Shown here in pieces: positions 9,072 to 19,760 of a stretch of DNA of 64,000 bases. The stretch's first letter is position 1. Each line of letters starts with the position of its first letter. Source of the stretch: Planctomycetota bacterium (GTDB lineage Bacteria > Planctomycetota > PLA2 > JAEUHO01). The notes under the pieces are model-generated. The model was not told the origin of the DNA, made no database searches, and was given only the letters and a program-made list of their open reading frames with translations. The translations under genes and the position numbers were made by a program. The stretch spans positions 1,984,001-2,048,000 of the forward strand of contig CBDCTJ010000007.1 of assembly GCA_965222115.1 (NCBI GenBank), in the 5' to 3' direction.

Positions 9072-11108
9072 ATGAAGATCTTGGCCTTCATCGCACTTGC
9101 ATTCATGGTTTGGCTCACATGGTGGCAGGCCGATCGACGCGAGCAGCGCCTCGACGAAACCCGCAAACAGATCTCCGGTATCAAAAACGACATTACGAAG
9201 ATGCGCGGTGCCGTAGACAAACTCACTTCGTCGATTCGATCCGGCATCGTAGTTACCGGGCAGTCTTCAGTTTCGCCAGGCTCGTCCGGATCGTCGGGCG
9301 TAGCGAAGAAGAACATCCCTCCGCCTCCTGCGTACCTGAGTGAGAAGGCAAAGGCGCTTTGGGGGCGCTACGAGAACTACTTCACGCCCGAAGACGATCC
9401 GATTGAGATTCCCCCGCTCGACACGAAGGGCGCGGACGTCGATGGCCGAATCAACTGCTGGTTCCTCGGGAAACCCGCTGCCAAGGTCAACTGGGTCACC
9501 GGCAACGACAGCAATATGACCACGCAGGTTAGGGAGTATTGCGAGAGCAGGCTTGGCCGTGTACACGATCGAAACCCTTCCCTTTGGAAACCTGAGTCTG
9601 CTGTTCGTGTAGAGGTGAATCGCGAAGATGTTGGGGATACTCCTAAGTTCTGCGAGTGGGTCGTCTTCTTGCGCGACGACATGTACTGGCACACACCCCA
9701 GGTAGACCTCACGAAATATCCGCATCTGGCCGGCGAACACAAGGTGACCTCGCGCGATTTCAAGTTTCGCCTCGATCTCATTCTTAATGAGGACGTTGAC
9801 TGCGCCAGCTTGCGCAACTACTACAGCGAGTGTGCAGGCATCGAGATCGTTGATGACTACTGTTTCATTGTTCGTTGGAAGAAGCCGCAGTACAACGCGA
9901 TTACGTTCACCCTTGATCATAGACCGGCGCCCTACTTCGTATTCGCATTTGATGAAAAGGGACGCGAGTACGACGACAGCGAAGTGGGTGCGGCCTTCAA
10001 CACCCATTGGATGTATCGAGACTTCAAATTCGTAGGCCACGGACCCTATTACGTGGCTGAGTTCAACCCATCAAGTCACGTGCTGTTGCGCCGATTCGAT
10101 CGCTACTTTGGTGAGACGAGCCTCCCTAAGGAGATTCGCCAAGAGATGTTTCCAGCGGCGAAGATGGCCGTAGACAAGATGGAAAGCGGTGATTTTGACT
10201 ACGTGCGTATGTCTGCAAAGGACTGGGACAAGAAGGTCAACAGCGGGAAGGAGACGCCGTTCAATGACGGTTCCATGGAAGAGGAGTGGGCATGGGACAC
10301 CGGCTACTATTTCATCGCGTGGAAAACGACGCACAAGATCTTTCGAGACGTTCGCGTACGTCGCGCCATGACCATGGCGTGTGACCGCAATCGCGTGCGC
10401 GACGTGATTCAGCACGGAAAGTCGAAGGTTCTCACGGGGCCGCAGCACGTGAACTCGCCCTTCAATCCGCCTGATTTGGAGCCGTTGCCCTTCGACCTCG
10501 AAGCGTCAGCGGCGTTGCTCAAAGAGGCGGGTTGGGAAGACACCGATGGCGATGGCGTACTCGACAAACAGTTGGAGAAGGGCGCGGAGCGGACGGATTT
10601 TCGCTTCGTTGCAACGTTACCGAGCGGCAGTGAGCGCGCCGATGCAATCTTCAAGATGTTCAAAGAAGACCTGCGCAAGATTGGCGTCGAAATGACCATC
10701 ACACGCATGGCGTGGGCGCAGTTTGGCGAAGAGGCACTCGATGGCCGCAGCTTTGAGTGTACGACGCTCGGATGGAACGGCAGTGGTTGGGAGAGTGACC
10801 TCTATCAGATCTGGCACAGCAGTCAGATCAAGTCGGCGCGATCGAGTAATTTTATCGAGTTCAATGACAAGGTGACGGACGAGCTCATTGAACGGCTCCG
10901 CGCTACATTCGATGTAGATGAGCGCGTCCGTCTCCAGCGTAAAGCACACAAACGAATCGCAGAACTTCAGCCGTATACGTTTCTGACCACGCGGCGCATT
11001 CCTTGGTTTTCCTGGAAACACCGCGTTGGCAATTTCGCTGCAGGTACGCGATACGCCGTGCGTCCTGCCGTTCGCATGACGCCTATGTTTGTGAAGTCGC
11101 CCGACTAA
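9072..11108 (+). CDS. Peptide/nickel ABC transporter substrate-binding protein (family 5) with N-terminal TM and coiled coil
   Basis: VTSRDFKF, GHGPY, FRDVRVRRAMTMACDR, AAALLKEAGWEDTDGDGVLDK, DLYQIWHSSQ. Likely ATG 9072. Confidence 0.9.
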   Translation: MKILAFIALAFMVWLTWWQADRREQRLDETRKQISGIKNDITKMRGAVDKLTSSIRSGIVVTGQSSVSPGSSGSSGVAKKNIPPPPAYLSEKAKALWGRYENYFTPEDDPIEIPPLDTKGADVDGRINCWFLGKPAAKVNWVTGNDSNMTTQVREYCESRLGRVHDRNPSLWKPESAVRVEVNREDVGDTPKFCEWVVFLRDDMYWHTPQVDLTKYPHLAGEHKVTSRDFKFRLDLILNEDVDCASLRNYYSECAGIEIVDDYCFIVRWKKPQYNAITFTLDHRPAPYFVFAFDEKGREYDDSEVGAAFNTHWMYRDFKFVGHGPYYVAEFNPSSHVLLRRFDRYFGETSLPKEIRQEMFPAAKMAVDKMESGDFDYVRMSAKDWDKKVNSGKETPFNDGSMEEEWAWDTGYYFIAWKTTHKIFRDVRVRRAMTMACDRNRVRDVIQHGKSKVLTGPQHVNSPFNPPDLEPLPFDLEASAALLKEAGWEDTDGDGVLDKQLEKGAERTDFRFVATLPSGSERADAIFKMFKEDLRKIGVEMTITRMAWAQFGEEALDGRSFECTTLGWNGSGWESDLYQIWHSSQIKSARSSNFIEFNDKVTDELIERLRATFDVDERVRLQRKAHKRIAELQPYTFLTTRRIPWFSWKHRVGNFAAGTRYAVRPAVRMTPMFVKSPD

Positions 11109-11162
11109 GGTGCATGTGCGAACCCCGACGCCCCCGGTTGCGCCCTGCGATGGAGAAGCCAA

Positions 11163-12632
11163 GTGCTTGAGTACATCGTAAAGCGAGTGCTGCTTATGAT
11201 CCCGACGTTCATCGGGATCTCGTTTTTGGTGTGGCTTATCATGACACTTGCACCCGGTGAACCTGCAGGTGCATCACAGCAGTCCAGCGACGGACAGGCC
11301 GATGCCAAAGACGCCGAGTCGGGCGACAAGAGTCAGCGCAATTTTCGTCGGCAGTTTGGACTCGATCGACCGCGCTTCATTAACACATGGACCACGCTCG
11401 ACAAGAAGGAGGTACTTGAAGCATTGGACGCCGATTTGCGGGGTGCCGGAAGCGGCCCCGATGCAGTCTCGCCAAGCGCGCTCAAAGACGCCAAACGCAA
11501 GCTGCTCGACTGGCAACGCTACGCCATTCCGCCACTCCTAGAGATCGTGAAGGAATCGGGCGACAACCCACGACTCCAAGATCGCGCGCTCTCGTACCTG
11601 CGCCGGTCGGCCTATACCATTCGCACACCGTATCCTGCCAGCTACGTTCCCACGGAAGCCGAATCCAAACGTGATCGCAAGATTGAAGCCTTCAATCGGG
11701 AACTTGATACGGCTACTTACCGCTGGAGCGACGAATCAACTGCGCAAGAACGGCAAGCGGTACTCGACAACTGGAACACGTGGTTCGAAACGCACAAGCA
11801 TGAGTTTGACTACTCCACCTGGGAAGTGTTCAAAATCGGAGTCACCGACACACAGTTCGGTAAGTACTGGGGTGGATTGCTAAAGCTCGATTTCGGGCTG
11901 AGTCTGCGCACCCGAGAGCCGGTGCTTAAGATGATTCTTAGCAAGCTCAAGTACAGTCTGTCGCTCGCCGTGCCGTCCTTCATTATCGCGTGGATTTTGG
12001 CGGTGTTCTTGGGCGTATTTAGCGCCACGCACCCGAACACACCTACCGACCAAACGCTCAGCGTATCGCTCTATATGCTCTATAGCATTCCGAGCTTCGT
12101 CATGGGCACGCTCTTGCAGCGTTGGTTGGCGGTCGAGCACGGGCTCTTCCCCATATCGGGATTTGAGTCGCCGGATGCGTTGCAGACCATGACCACGTGG
12201 GAGCATTTCAAGGACGTGCTTTGGCACATTACGTTGCCACTCATCGTCTACACCTATGGGGGCCTCACGTACATTTCGCGCCAGGCACGGTCGGGCATGC
12301 TGCAGGTACTCAAGTCCGACTACGTGCGCACCGCGCGCGCCAAAGGGCTGCCGGAACGGTCAGTGATTTGGAAGCACGCGGTGCGAAATGGCATCATGCC
12401 CATCGTCACGCTGCTTGGAACGGCCTTGCCTGTACTGCTCGCCGGAAGTGTTTTTATCGAATACATATTCAACATTGACGGATTCGGGCAGCTCATGATC
12501 AACTCCATACTTGATAAGGACTATAACGTCGTTATGGCCGTGCAGTTGTTCGTTGCCGTGCTCACGCTGGTGGGTCTACTTCTCACCGACATCATCTACG
12601 CAGCCATGGATCCAAGGATTACGTTCAAGTGA
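11163..12632 (+). CDS. Peptide ABC permease OppB/DppB-like with a large helical insertion
   Basis: YIVKRVLLMIPT, LDFGLS, EAA-type loop DYVRTARAKGL...KHAVRN, DIIYAAMDPRI. Confidence 0.92.
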   Translation: MLEYIVKRVLLMIPTFIGISFLVWLIMTLAPGEPAGASQQSSDGQADAKDAESGDKSQRNFRRQFGLDRPRFINTWTTLDKKEVLEALDADLRGAGSGPDAVSPSALKDAKRKLLDWQRYAIPPLLEIVKESGDNPRLQDRALSYLRRSAYTIRTPYPASYVPTEAESKRDRKIEAFNRELDTATYRWSDESTAQERQAVLDNWNTWFETHKHEFDYSTWEVFKIGVTDTQFGKYWGGLLKLDFGLSLRTREPVLKMILSKLKYSLSLAVPSFIIAWILAVFLGVFSATHPNTPTDQTLSVSLYMLYSIPSFVMGTLLQRWLAVEHGLFPISGFESPDALQTMTTWEHFKDVLWHITLPLIVYTYGGLTYISRQARSGMLQVLKSDYVRTARAKGLPERSVIWKHAVRNGIMPIVTLLGTALPVLLAGSVFIEYIFNIDGFGQLMINSILDKDYNVVMAVQLFVAVLTLVGLLLTDIIYAAMDPRITFK

Positions 12633-14704
12633 GAGACAGCGGCACACCACCAGAGCAAAGGGGCACTGCCGACGTGCCACCTGCCACCGACTCGCTTGCC
12701 CTCGCGCGCGTAAGTCAATGGGACATCATTGCCAAGCAGTTCCGCAAGAATCGACTCGCAGTTTGGGGACTGCGGGTCACGGTGACCTTGGTGCTGTTGG
12801 CGTTCTACGCGCCCGTCATAGCCAGCGGTGTGCCCTTTGTATGGAAGCGGCCACAGGACGACGCCGTGAGCTATCCGTGGCTCACCACGCTCATGAACAA
12901 GGGCGTGTGGGAGCACACGCTCGACCGCTTGTTCAATTTGGGAATGCTCGTCCTCACGGTCTACCTGCTCGCAGCACTGGTGATGCGCGTAGTACCCGCA
13001 TGGCGTGCGTCGTGGCAACGTGTACGAGGCCGCGTGCGGCTTGCTCTCTTGGGCGTGTTTCTCGTCCTATCGATTGCGCATGTGTTTCAAGAGTCCATCG
13101 CTGCGTCATGGTCTTGGTTTGGCTGGTTTTTGTTGGCTGCGGGATTGGCAGCTGCAGCGGTTTGGTGGATTGGGCGCCGGGCCAATCGAACGATTGCATG
13201 GTGGGCAGTGCGAGGCGTGGGTGTTCTGATTCTTGTAGCCGTATGCGCCAAGTGGATTCCCTTTCTCTCCGACGAAACCCGCAAGGTGAACTATCGGGAG
13301 CCGGTCAACATGGTTCGCGACGCGCGCGACCTCGCCCAGGCGCTCCCTATCGTTGAAGACCTTCTCGCTCGCGATGACGACCTCACGAAAAATTGCAAAC
13401 AGGCTATCGAACAATTGGCATTAGCGAAGACCGAGTTGCAACGCCAGGAAGGCGAGGCGGCGCTGTCGATCTTTGCGAAACTCGACGAGCTCGCGTCGGA
13501 CATTCAAAAGACCGAGAACCAGGCGCGCACGGATGCCATGGCGTACACACGTCGGCTTGCGCGGTTGTCGGGCGATGAATCAAGTGATCGAATGCGCAAC
13601 GTGATCGAGACGTTGAGCAACAACAAGAACAGTGCGCGGGAGGCGATTGCAGCGGCCATGGCGTCGCTGGATGGCGATCGGTCCAATGATGGCGCCAAAA
13701 TGCGTCGGAAGTTTGGTTCGCTCAAGTCGAAGATTGAAGAACAACTCACCTCGCTTCCCGCCGCGTTGCGTTCCGGCCTACGAAGCGCCCAATCCGATTC
13801 CATGCGCACGCTGCTGCGAAGCAAAGAGACCGCCGCGTTGCCAAGTCCCGCGGCCAATGACCCCTTGACCGCCCTCGGATTGCCTACTTCGAATCAGGCA
13901 CGTGCCTACGTCGCCTTTGCCGAGCGAAACTTGGCTGACCACATACGCGTGATGACCCATGTTCCCTACGGCTACGACGATCAACTCCCCAGGAAGTATG
14001 ACAAGTTTCGACTTAGCATGGACTTCGCGCGCGGCGAACGCCACTACTTGGGCACCACCGAGAACGGCGAAGACGTATTCGTTCGCATGCTCTACGGGCT
14101 AAGGATTGGCCTCACGATTGGCATTGTGGCGGTCTCCCTGTATGTGCTCATTGGGATCATTATGGGCGCGCTCGCTGGATTCTTCCGCGGCCGCGTAGAC
14201 ATGATCATTATGCGTATTGTGGAGATGATGCTCTGCATCCCGGGCTTGTTCTTGATTCTCACGATCGTGTCGATCTTCGAGAAACGAACCATCTTTCACA
14301 TCATGCTGGCCATTGGCCTCGTGAGTTGGACGGGCGTGACTCGACTGGTGCGCGGTGAATTCCTACGCGAGCGCAATCGCGAATACGTGACGGCGGCTCA
14401 GGCCATGGGCTACTCCACGCCCCGCATCATCTTTCGACACATTCTTCCCAACTCAATGGGCCCCGTCTTGGTTGTGGCCACATTTGGCGTGGTGGGGGCG
14501 ATTCTCACGGAATCAGGGCTTTCCTTCCTGGGACTGGGCGACGCCAACGTGCCGTCGTGGGGCGCGATTCTTGAGCACGGGAAGAACAATGAGTATTGGC
14601 ACTTAATTCTCCCGCCATCAGTTGCCATATTTATCACTGTGACGGCGCTCAACTTGGTGGGGGACGGCCTCCGCGACGCGCTCGATCCCAAGCTCCGCGA
14701 CTGA
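12629..14704 (+). CDS. Peptide ABC permease OppC/DppC-like with extra TM helices and a coiled-coil insertion
   Basis: QFRKNRLA, HYLGTTENGEDVFVRMLYG, EYVTAAQAMG...FRHILPN, NLVGDGLRDALDPK. GTGA overlap with the upstream gene. Confidence 0.9.
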   Translation: MRDSGTPPEQRGTADVPPATDSLALARVSQWDIIAKQFRKNRLAVWGLRVTVTLVLLAFYAPVIASGVPFVWKRPQDDAVSYPWLTTLMNKGVWEHTLDRLFNLGMLVLTVYLLAALVMRVVPAWRASWQRVRGRVRLALLGVFLVLSIAHVFQESIAASWSWFGWFLLAAGLAAAAVWWIGRRANRTIAWWAVRGVGVLILVAVCAKWIPFLSDETRKVNYREPVNMVRDARDLAQALPIVEDLLARDDDLTKNCKQAIEQLALAKTELQRQEGEAALSIFAKLDELASDIQKTENQARTDAMAYTRRLARLSGDESSDRMRNVIETLSNNKNSAREAIAAAMASLDGDRSNDGAKMRRKFGSLKSKIEEQLTSLPAALRSGLRSAQSDSMRTLLRSKETAALPSPAANDPLTALGLPTSNQARAYVAFAERNLADHIRVMTHVPYGYDDQLPRKYDKFRLSMDFARGERHYLGTTENGEDVFVRMLYGLRIGLTIGIVAVSLYVLIGIIMGALAGFFRGRVDMIIMRIVEMMLCIPGLFLILTIVSIFEKRTIFHIMLAIGLVSWTGVTRLVRGEFLRERNREYVTAAQAMGYSTPRIIFRHILPNSMGPVLVVATFGVVGAILTESGLSFLGLGDANVPSWGAILEHGKNNEYWHLILPPSVAIFITVTALNLVGDGLRDALDPKLRD

Positions 14705-14751
14705 CACAAAAGGTACAACGGATCGCGATGTTCTCTGGGTAGAAGGTTTGA

Positions 14752-16347
14752 GTGACGAGTGAACCAGCCCCACCCGAGTTGCAGCCAGAATCCGTAGCTC
14801 GATCGGCCAGCGTCGTATCCGGCGCAGTCATGGGTTCCCGCGTGCTTGGCTTGGCGCGAGAAGCAATCTTCGCGGCAATCTTTGCCACCACGAAGGTGGC
14901 CGACGCCTATTTCTTTGCGTTTCGCATACCGAATTTGTTGCGTGACTTCTTTGCCGAGGGCGCGTTGGCGTCGGCGTTCGTGCCGACCTTCGCGGAAGTA
15001 CGGGAGAAGCAGGGCGAGCAACGCGCGTTCATGCTTGCGCGTCGCGTCTTGGGCACGCTTGCAACCTATGCCGCCTTGGTGGCCTTGCTCGGCATTGTGT
15101 TTGCACCCTTTGTGGTGTCGATTGTGGCGCCACAAGCACCGGCCGACATGCGGCCACACACGATTCTGCTCACGCGCATCATGTTCCCGTTTCTTGTTGT
15201 TGTGGCACTTGCAGCCGTTGCCATGGGCATTCTCAATACGTATCGGCGCTACTTTGTTCCCGCCATTGCGCCCGCAGCGTTCAATGTCGTTCTCGTTGTG
15301 GGAGGTATCGCGTTGCTGGTGTTCGGGGGCGATGCCAAGACTTCACTCACGTGGTGGGCGGGCCTCGTTGTCGTAGGTGGGTTGGCCCAACTGCTCGTAC
15401 AAATTCCGTCGTTACGGCGCATAGGATTTCGTGGGTGGCCATCCGTCGATCTGAAATTCAGCGACCCGTACGTGCGCCAAGTGGTGCGGCGCATGGGACC
15501 CATTGTGCTTTCGGTTGCCGCAACCAATATCATGCTGGTCATTACGACGGCACTTGCTTCACGTGAAGAGGGATGGGCGTCTTCCCTAAGCTACGCGTTT
15601 CGATTGGTCCATTTGCCAATCGGCATCATTGGCGTGGCACTGGGCACGGTGCTGTTGGCCGCCGGTTCGCGTAAGTCGGCGACCGATGATCACGCGGGGC
15701 TCGATGAACTCATCCGTCGCGGCGTTCGACTGAACTGGTTCTTGGCGCTTCCCGCCGCCGTGGGCCTGTTCACATTGTCCGAGCCCATCGTGCGGCTTAT
15801 CTACGAACGCGGAACCTTCGATCAATCGAGCACCCTGCAAGTTGCGCGTGTTCTGCGTTGGTACGCCGGCGGCATTGTGTGTTACGCCGGCATCAAAGCG
15901 GCGGCGCCACACTTTCTTTCGCGCGGCGACACGAAGACACCCATGCTGTGTTCGCTTGTGGGCATCGCGGTCAATCTCGTGGTCGCACTCACGTTGATCG
16001 GATCTTTGGGCGTGGCCGCACTTGCACTCGCTGTTGCCGCGGGTGCCTCCGCCAATTATGTCTTGTTGCGCGCGCTGGGTTCACGCCGCTATGGCTCGGC
16101 CTCATCACCGGGTTGGACGTTTCTAGCCAAGTGCGGGCTTGCGGCCGGACTTATGGGTGTGGGCGGCTGGGCGATTGCGACGTATGTGCTTGATGCGGAG
16201 CGGGTCGAGTCCGGGCTCGTCCTGGGGCTGCTCACACTCGCATTCGCGGCGCTGCTTGCGCTCATCTATTTCGTGATCGGTGCGCTCTTGGGGATCCCGG
16301 AGGCTCGTGCGTTGGGCTCGCGGTGGCGACGTCGGCAGCCGATCTAG
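14752..16347 (+). CDS. murJ: Lipid II flippase MurJ (MviN)
   Basis: SRVLGLARE, ADAYFFAFRIPNLLRDFFAEGALASAFVP, YAFRLVHLPIG, YERGTF, GDTKTP. Confidence 0.95.
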   Translation: MTSEPAPPELQPESVARSASVVSGAVMGSRVLGLAREAIFAAIFATTKVADAYFFAFRIPNLLRDFFAEGALASAFVPTFAEVREKQGEQRAFMLARRVLGTLATYAALVALLGIVFAPFVVSIVAPQAPADMRPHTILLTRIMFPFLVVVALAAVAMGILNTYRRYFVPAIAPAAFNVVLVVGGIALLVFGGDAKTSLTWWAGLVVVGGLAQLLVQIPSLRRIGFRGWPSVDLKFSDPYVRQVVRRMGPIVLSVAATNIMLVITTALASREEGWASSLSYAFRLVHLPIGIIGVALGTVLLAAGSRKSATDDHAGLDELIRRGVRLNWFLALPAAVGLFTLSEPIVRLIYERGTFDQSSTLQVARVLRWYAGGIVCYAGIKAAAPHFLSRGDTKTPMLCSLVGIAVNLVVALTLIGSLGVAALALAVAAGASANYVLLRALGSRRYGSASSPGWTFLAKCGLAAGLMGVGGWAIATYVLDAERVESGLVLGLLTLAFAALLALIYFVIGALLGIPEARALGSRWRRRQPI

Positions 16348-16430
16348 TGTTGTTAGGGCGGGCCGAAACCGTCCAACGCCGCATGCTCGGTGGACCTGGC
16401 CGCAGACGGCTGTGTACGCCTCGGACCCCT

Positions 16431-19217
16431 ATGCCCGAAACGAACCACCAGCCCTGGCCATCCGTGTGCACTGCGCTGTTTGTGCTTTGTATTGTTATGC
16501 TCATCGCGCTGCCAGCATCTGCCGACGAACGAAAGCGACCCCCTCGTATCCCCAACGAACAACTTCCTCCGCCCGTCATTCGAAAGGTACGTGGACCGCG
16601 CAAGATGTCGAATGCGAAGTCGTCGTCGGAACCAAAGCGTGATCGATCTGCAAGCAACGATGAAGACCTTGACGCACCCAAGCGGCCCGATGACGGGAGG
16701 GACGAAGACAGCTCTCTCGATGCACCCAAGCGTCCCGGGAATGACGATGGCAAAGCAACGCCGGGCGAAGTACGCCTCAAGTTTGAACGGCCCCAAGGCG
16801 TCTTGCGTTACATCCCTGCCGACAAGGACGTGGAAGGTAGCAGCGCGCGCATTGTCATGATCGGCAATCCACGCATTGAACGCGACGAACATGTGGCCAC
16901 TACTGGCAAAGAGAAAGGCAAGACGGTACCCGCATTGTCGGTCAAGGGTCGCGTCTTCGTCGTTTGGGTGGATCCGAAGGGAGTACCCGAGCTGGAAGTA
17001 TTCGGCGGGGCGCTGACCGATGAGGACGAGGAAGAGAGCGAGAAAGGCGGAGATACGTCAAAGGAAGACGAGTCGAACGTTTCCCCATCGGACGACAAGC
17101 CTAGCAACACAAGTGATCGCGCAACCAATGAAGCGTCGGTTGTTCCCGAGTTTGTTTTGGGCATCTATGCGGAGGGCTCGGTCGAGGTGGCCTTTGGCGA
17201 TCAACGGTTTCGATGTGATCGCCTGTATCTAGATCCCAAGACGTATCGCGGGATGTTGGTGGCGCCTCGCTTTGACGGCCGCATACTCGATAAGGAAATC
17301 AAGAAGGGGCTGCCGTTGCATCTCAGCGCCAAGCGTTCGCTCTTGGTGGCGCGCGGTCGCATGCTATTTGAAGATGCAGAACTATCGACAAGTCGTGCCA
17401 ATGATCGTATCGCCCTGCGTATACGCGAGCTCACTGTAGAAGAGTTCTCCAAAGCCCTGGACAACGACGAGAAACCCACGCCACACTTTTTGGGATTCCA
17501 ATCGGCATCCACACAGCGCTATCGGGGCAAGCAGATAGTTCTGCGCGGTGAAGGTATCGACCTCATCACGGTCCCCGAGTTTGAGATCGGTGCATCGGAC
17601 GCAAGTGAAGGGTTGCCCACACTGTATCGCCGCGTGCGAGCCGGCAATCGTGGGCGATTGGGTCGCTGGGGGTTTGTTGATCTGGGAACTCCGATTGGCC
17701 CAAAGGATGATCCCTTCGGCGATTTGGAAGGCACAATTGGCGGCTACACGCGTCGTGGTTTTGGCCTTGGCTCGACGTTTCGATGGAAGCGTCTCCCATT
17801 TGCGCCCTCGCTCAAGAGCGGTGGGCGCGTGGAGGCCTTCGGTGTCTATGACATCGAGGATTTCGATCAACTCGGCACGCGTTCGCCCGATTTTCGTGGC
17901 CGCGTGACGAGCGAAAGTCGCACGTACTTGCATGACGATCTCGCCTTAGATCTTGAGGTACACCATTTCAGCGACCGCGGGTTTCAGCGCGAATTCTTTG
18001 AGCGCGATGCCCTCGAACACAAGGATCGCGAATCCTATGCGCGTCTTCAGTGGCGCCCGTCCGGGGATCCCACGACCGTTGCAAGTTTCATTTACAAGTG
18101 GCACCAACGACCCTTCGCTACGGAGACAACGATTCAGCCCGGCATTGACGTGTATACGTCGTCGTTGCCGTTGTTGGTGCCAAGTCGACGCGGTGGTTTG
18201 GGGATCGACGTTACATCCGATACGCACGCGGGCCGTCTCGAACGCCGGTTTGACGAGGATGTTCCGTTGCGCGACCACGGCGCGTGGCGCGTGAGCAATG
18301 ACACGAAGATTCATGCCGGCTTGAGCGTGGGCGACTTGCGGCTCTCTGGCTACATCGGTGGAAGTGCCGATTGGTACCGTGATCGAAATGATGGCGGCCG
18401 CGATCTTACGCGCGGCGCGTTTCTAGCCGGTACGCGTGCGAATCTACAATTCCATCGAGTGTGGTCGGATGCAAAGGGCACCTGGCTCGAGTTGGACGGC
18501 TTGCGACATATTGTGGATCTTGGCGTTGGGTTTCATGGACGCTTTGCCGACAGTCACGACCCCACCGATGTGCCCTTCTTTGATCGCCGTGAATTGAGTG
18601 AAGGGCGTAGGGCCATTGAACTTCGAGCCCGTAATCGGTTTCAAACCCGTCGTGGCGGCGGCACGCCAGAAGGGGGCCCGAATCTTCGATCACTCTTGGA
18701 TCTTGAGGTGGGCTACAAGTACTGGATCGATGGTGTGGGTCCCTTCGGTAGACGATCACCCGGCGCATTTGATCTCTCGTTTTCGGGCGAGCCGCGCGAT
18801 GGCTACCGCATATTTGGGGAGGCCGAGTTTGATTTGAGCCGCGGACTGGAGCATGCAGCAATTGCAACGCAGTCGCATTGGTTGTGGCGAGGCAAGCGCA
18901 TGGATGCACAACTGGGCTCGCGCTACGTACGGGACTTCAGCCTTTCGCTAGACGCTCGTTTGGAGTATCGCTTCAGCCCTCGGTATTCGTGGCGCTTTGA
19001 CGAGAGCTACGACTTCATCGAGGAGCGCAATACGATCCGTGGCATGCTCCGTCGCTATAGCGATGATCATCATTTCGATATCGGGCTGCAGGTTGGGCAG
19101 GGCGGCGTAGTGTCGCTTCAAGCGTCCTTCGAGCCCACGCTGGATGGGCGCGATCCGGTCTCGCCTCTCTTCGAGGACGAGCCAGCGCTCAGTCTTGACG
19201 GTATTCTCCCTGAATGA
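16431..19217 (+). CDS. LPS-assembly protein LptD-like outer-membrane beta-barrel
   Basis: Signal peptide, GIYAEGSV...RLYLD, 'GGYTRRGFG', 'SDRGFQREFFE', 'GLRHIV', 'RNRFQTRRG'; lies between murJ and coaD. Likely ATG 16431. Confidence 0.7.
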   Translation: MPETNHQPWPSVCTALFVLCIVMLIALPASADERKRPPRIPNEQLPPPVIRKVRGPRKMSNAKSSSEPKRDRSASNDEDLDAPKRPDDGRDEDSSLDAPKRPGNDDGKATPGEVRLKFERPQGVLRYIPADKDVEGSSARIVMIGNPRIERDEHVATTGKEKGKTVPALSVKGRVFVVWVDPKGVPELEVFGGALTDEDEEESEKGGDTSKEDESNVSPSDDKPSNTSDRATNEASVVPEFVLGIYAEGSVEVAFGDQRFRCDRLYLDPKTYRGMLVAPRFDGRILDKEIKKGLPLHLSAKRSLLVARGRMLFEDAELSTSRANDRIALRIRELTVEEFSKALDNDEKPTPHFLGFQSASTQRYRGKQIVLRGEGIDLITVPEFEIGASDASEGLPTLYRRVRAGNRGRLGRWGFVDLGTPIGPKDDPFGDLEGTIGGYTRRGFGLGSTFRWKRLPFAPSLKSGGRVEAFGVYDIEDFDQLGTRSPDFRGRVTSESRTYLHDDLALDLEVHHFSDRGFQREFFERDALEHKDRESYARLQWRPSGDPTTVASFIYKWHQRPFATETTIQPGIDVYTSSLPLLVPSRRGGLGIDVTSDTHAGRLERRFDEDVPLRDHGAWRVSNDTKIHAGLSVGDLRLSGYIGGSADWYRDRNDGGRDLTRGAFLAGTRANLQFHRVWSDAKGTWLELDGLRHIVDLGVGFHGRFADSHDPTDVPFFDRRELSEGRRAIELRARNRFQTRRGGGTPEGGPNLRSLLDLEVGYKYWIDGVGPFGRRSPGAFDLSFSGEPRDGYRIFGEAEFDLSRGLEHAAIATQSHWLWRGKRMDAQLGSRYVRDFSLSLDARLEYRFSPRYSWRFDESYDFIEERNTIRGMLRRYSDDHHFDIGLQVGQGGVVSLQASFEPTLDGRDPVSPLFEDEPALSLDGILPE

Positions 19218-19711
19218 GCCAACCCAATGTCGTCGCGGTCCTGCCCGGGACATTTGATCCCGTCACCCTCGGCCACCTCGACATCATTGAGCGAGCGGCG
19301 GGTCTTTGCGACAGCCTCATCGTGGCGGTGGCATCCGAGGGACGCAAATTTCTCTTTTCCGTGGAAGAACGAATCGCACTCATCGAACGAGCCATCCAGG
19401 GGACGGCATTCGAAACGAGGACAGCGGTCAAGTCCTTCAGTGGATTGCTCGTAGACGCGGTACGCGGATGGAATGGAACGCTGCTCGTTCGCGGCGTACG
19501 GGGTCCAAGCGACGTTGACTATGAAATGACCATGGCCCACGCCAATCGCGATTTGGCGCCGGAGCTTGAGACAGTGTTCTTGCCATCCACGTCCACACTG
19601 CATGCTGTGAGCGCATCGTTGGTGCGCGAGGTGTCGTCGCTGGGCGGCGATGTCTCATCGTGGGTACCACGTCATGTTGTGAAGGAACTCAAGAAGCGCA
19701 ACAGGAACTGA
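19214..19711 (+). CDS. coaD: Phosphopantetheine adenylyltransferase
   Basis: PGTFDPVTLGHLDII, FSVEERI, GLLVD, VRGVR, DYE..MAHANR, ETVFL, SASLVRE. Confidence 0.96.
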   Translation: MSQPNVVAVLPGTFDPVTLGHLDIIERAAGLCDSLIVAVASEGRKFLFSVEERIALIERAIQGTAFETRTAVKSFSGLLVDAVRGWNGTLLVRGVRGPSDVDYEMTMAHANRDLAPELETVFLPSTSTLHAVSASLVREVSSLGGDVSSWVPRHVVKELKKRNRN

Positions 19712-19760
19712 CCGCGCTGCCTGTACATCGAATCGGCCCAACGCATTTGTAGGAGTCACC

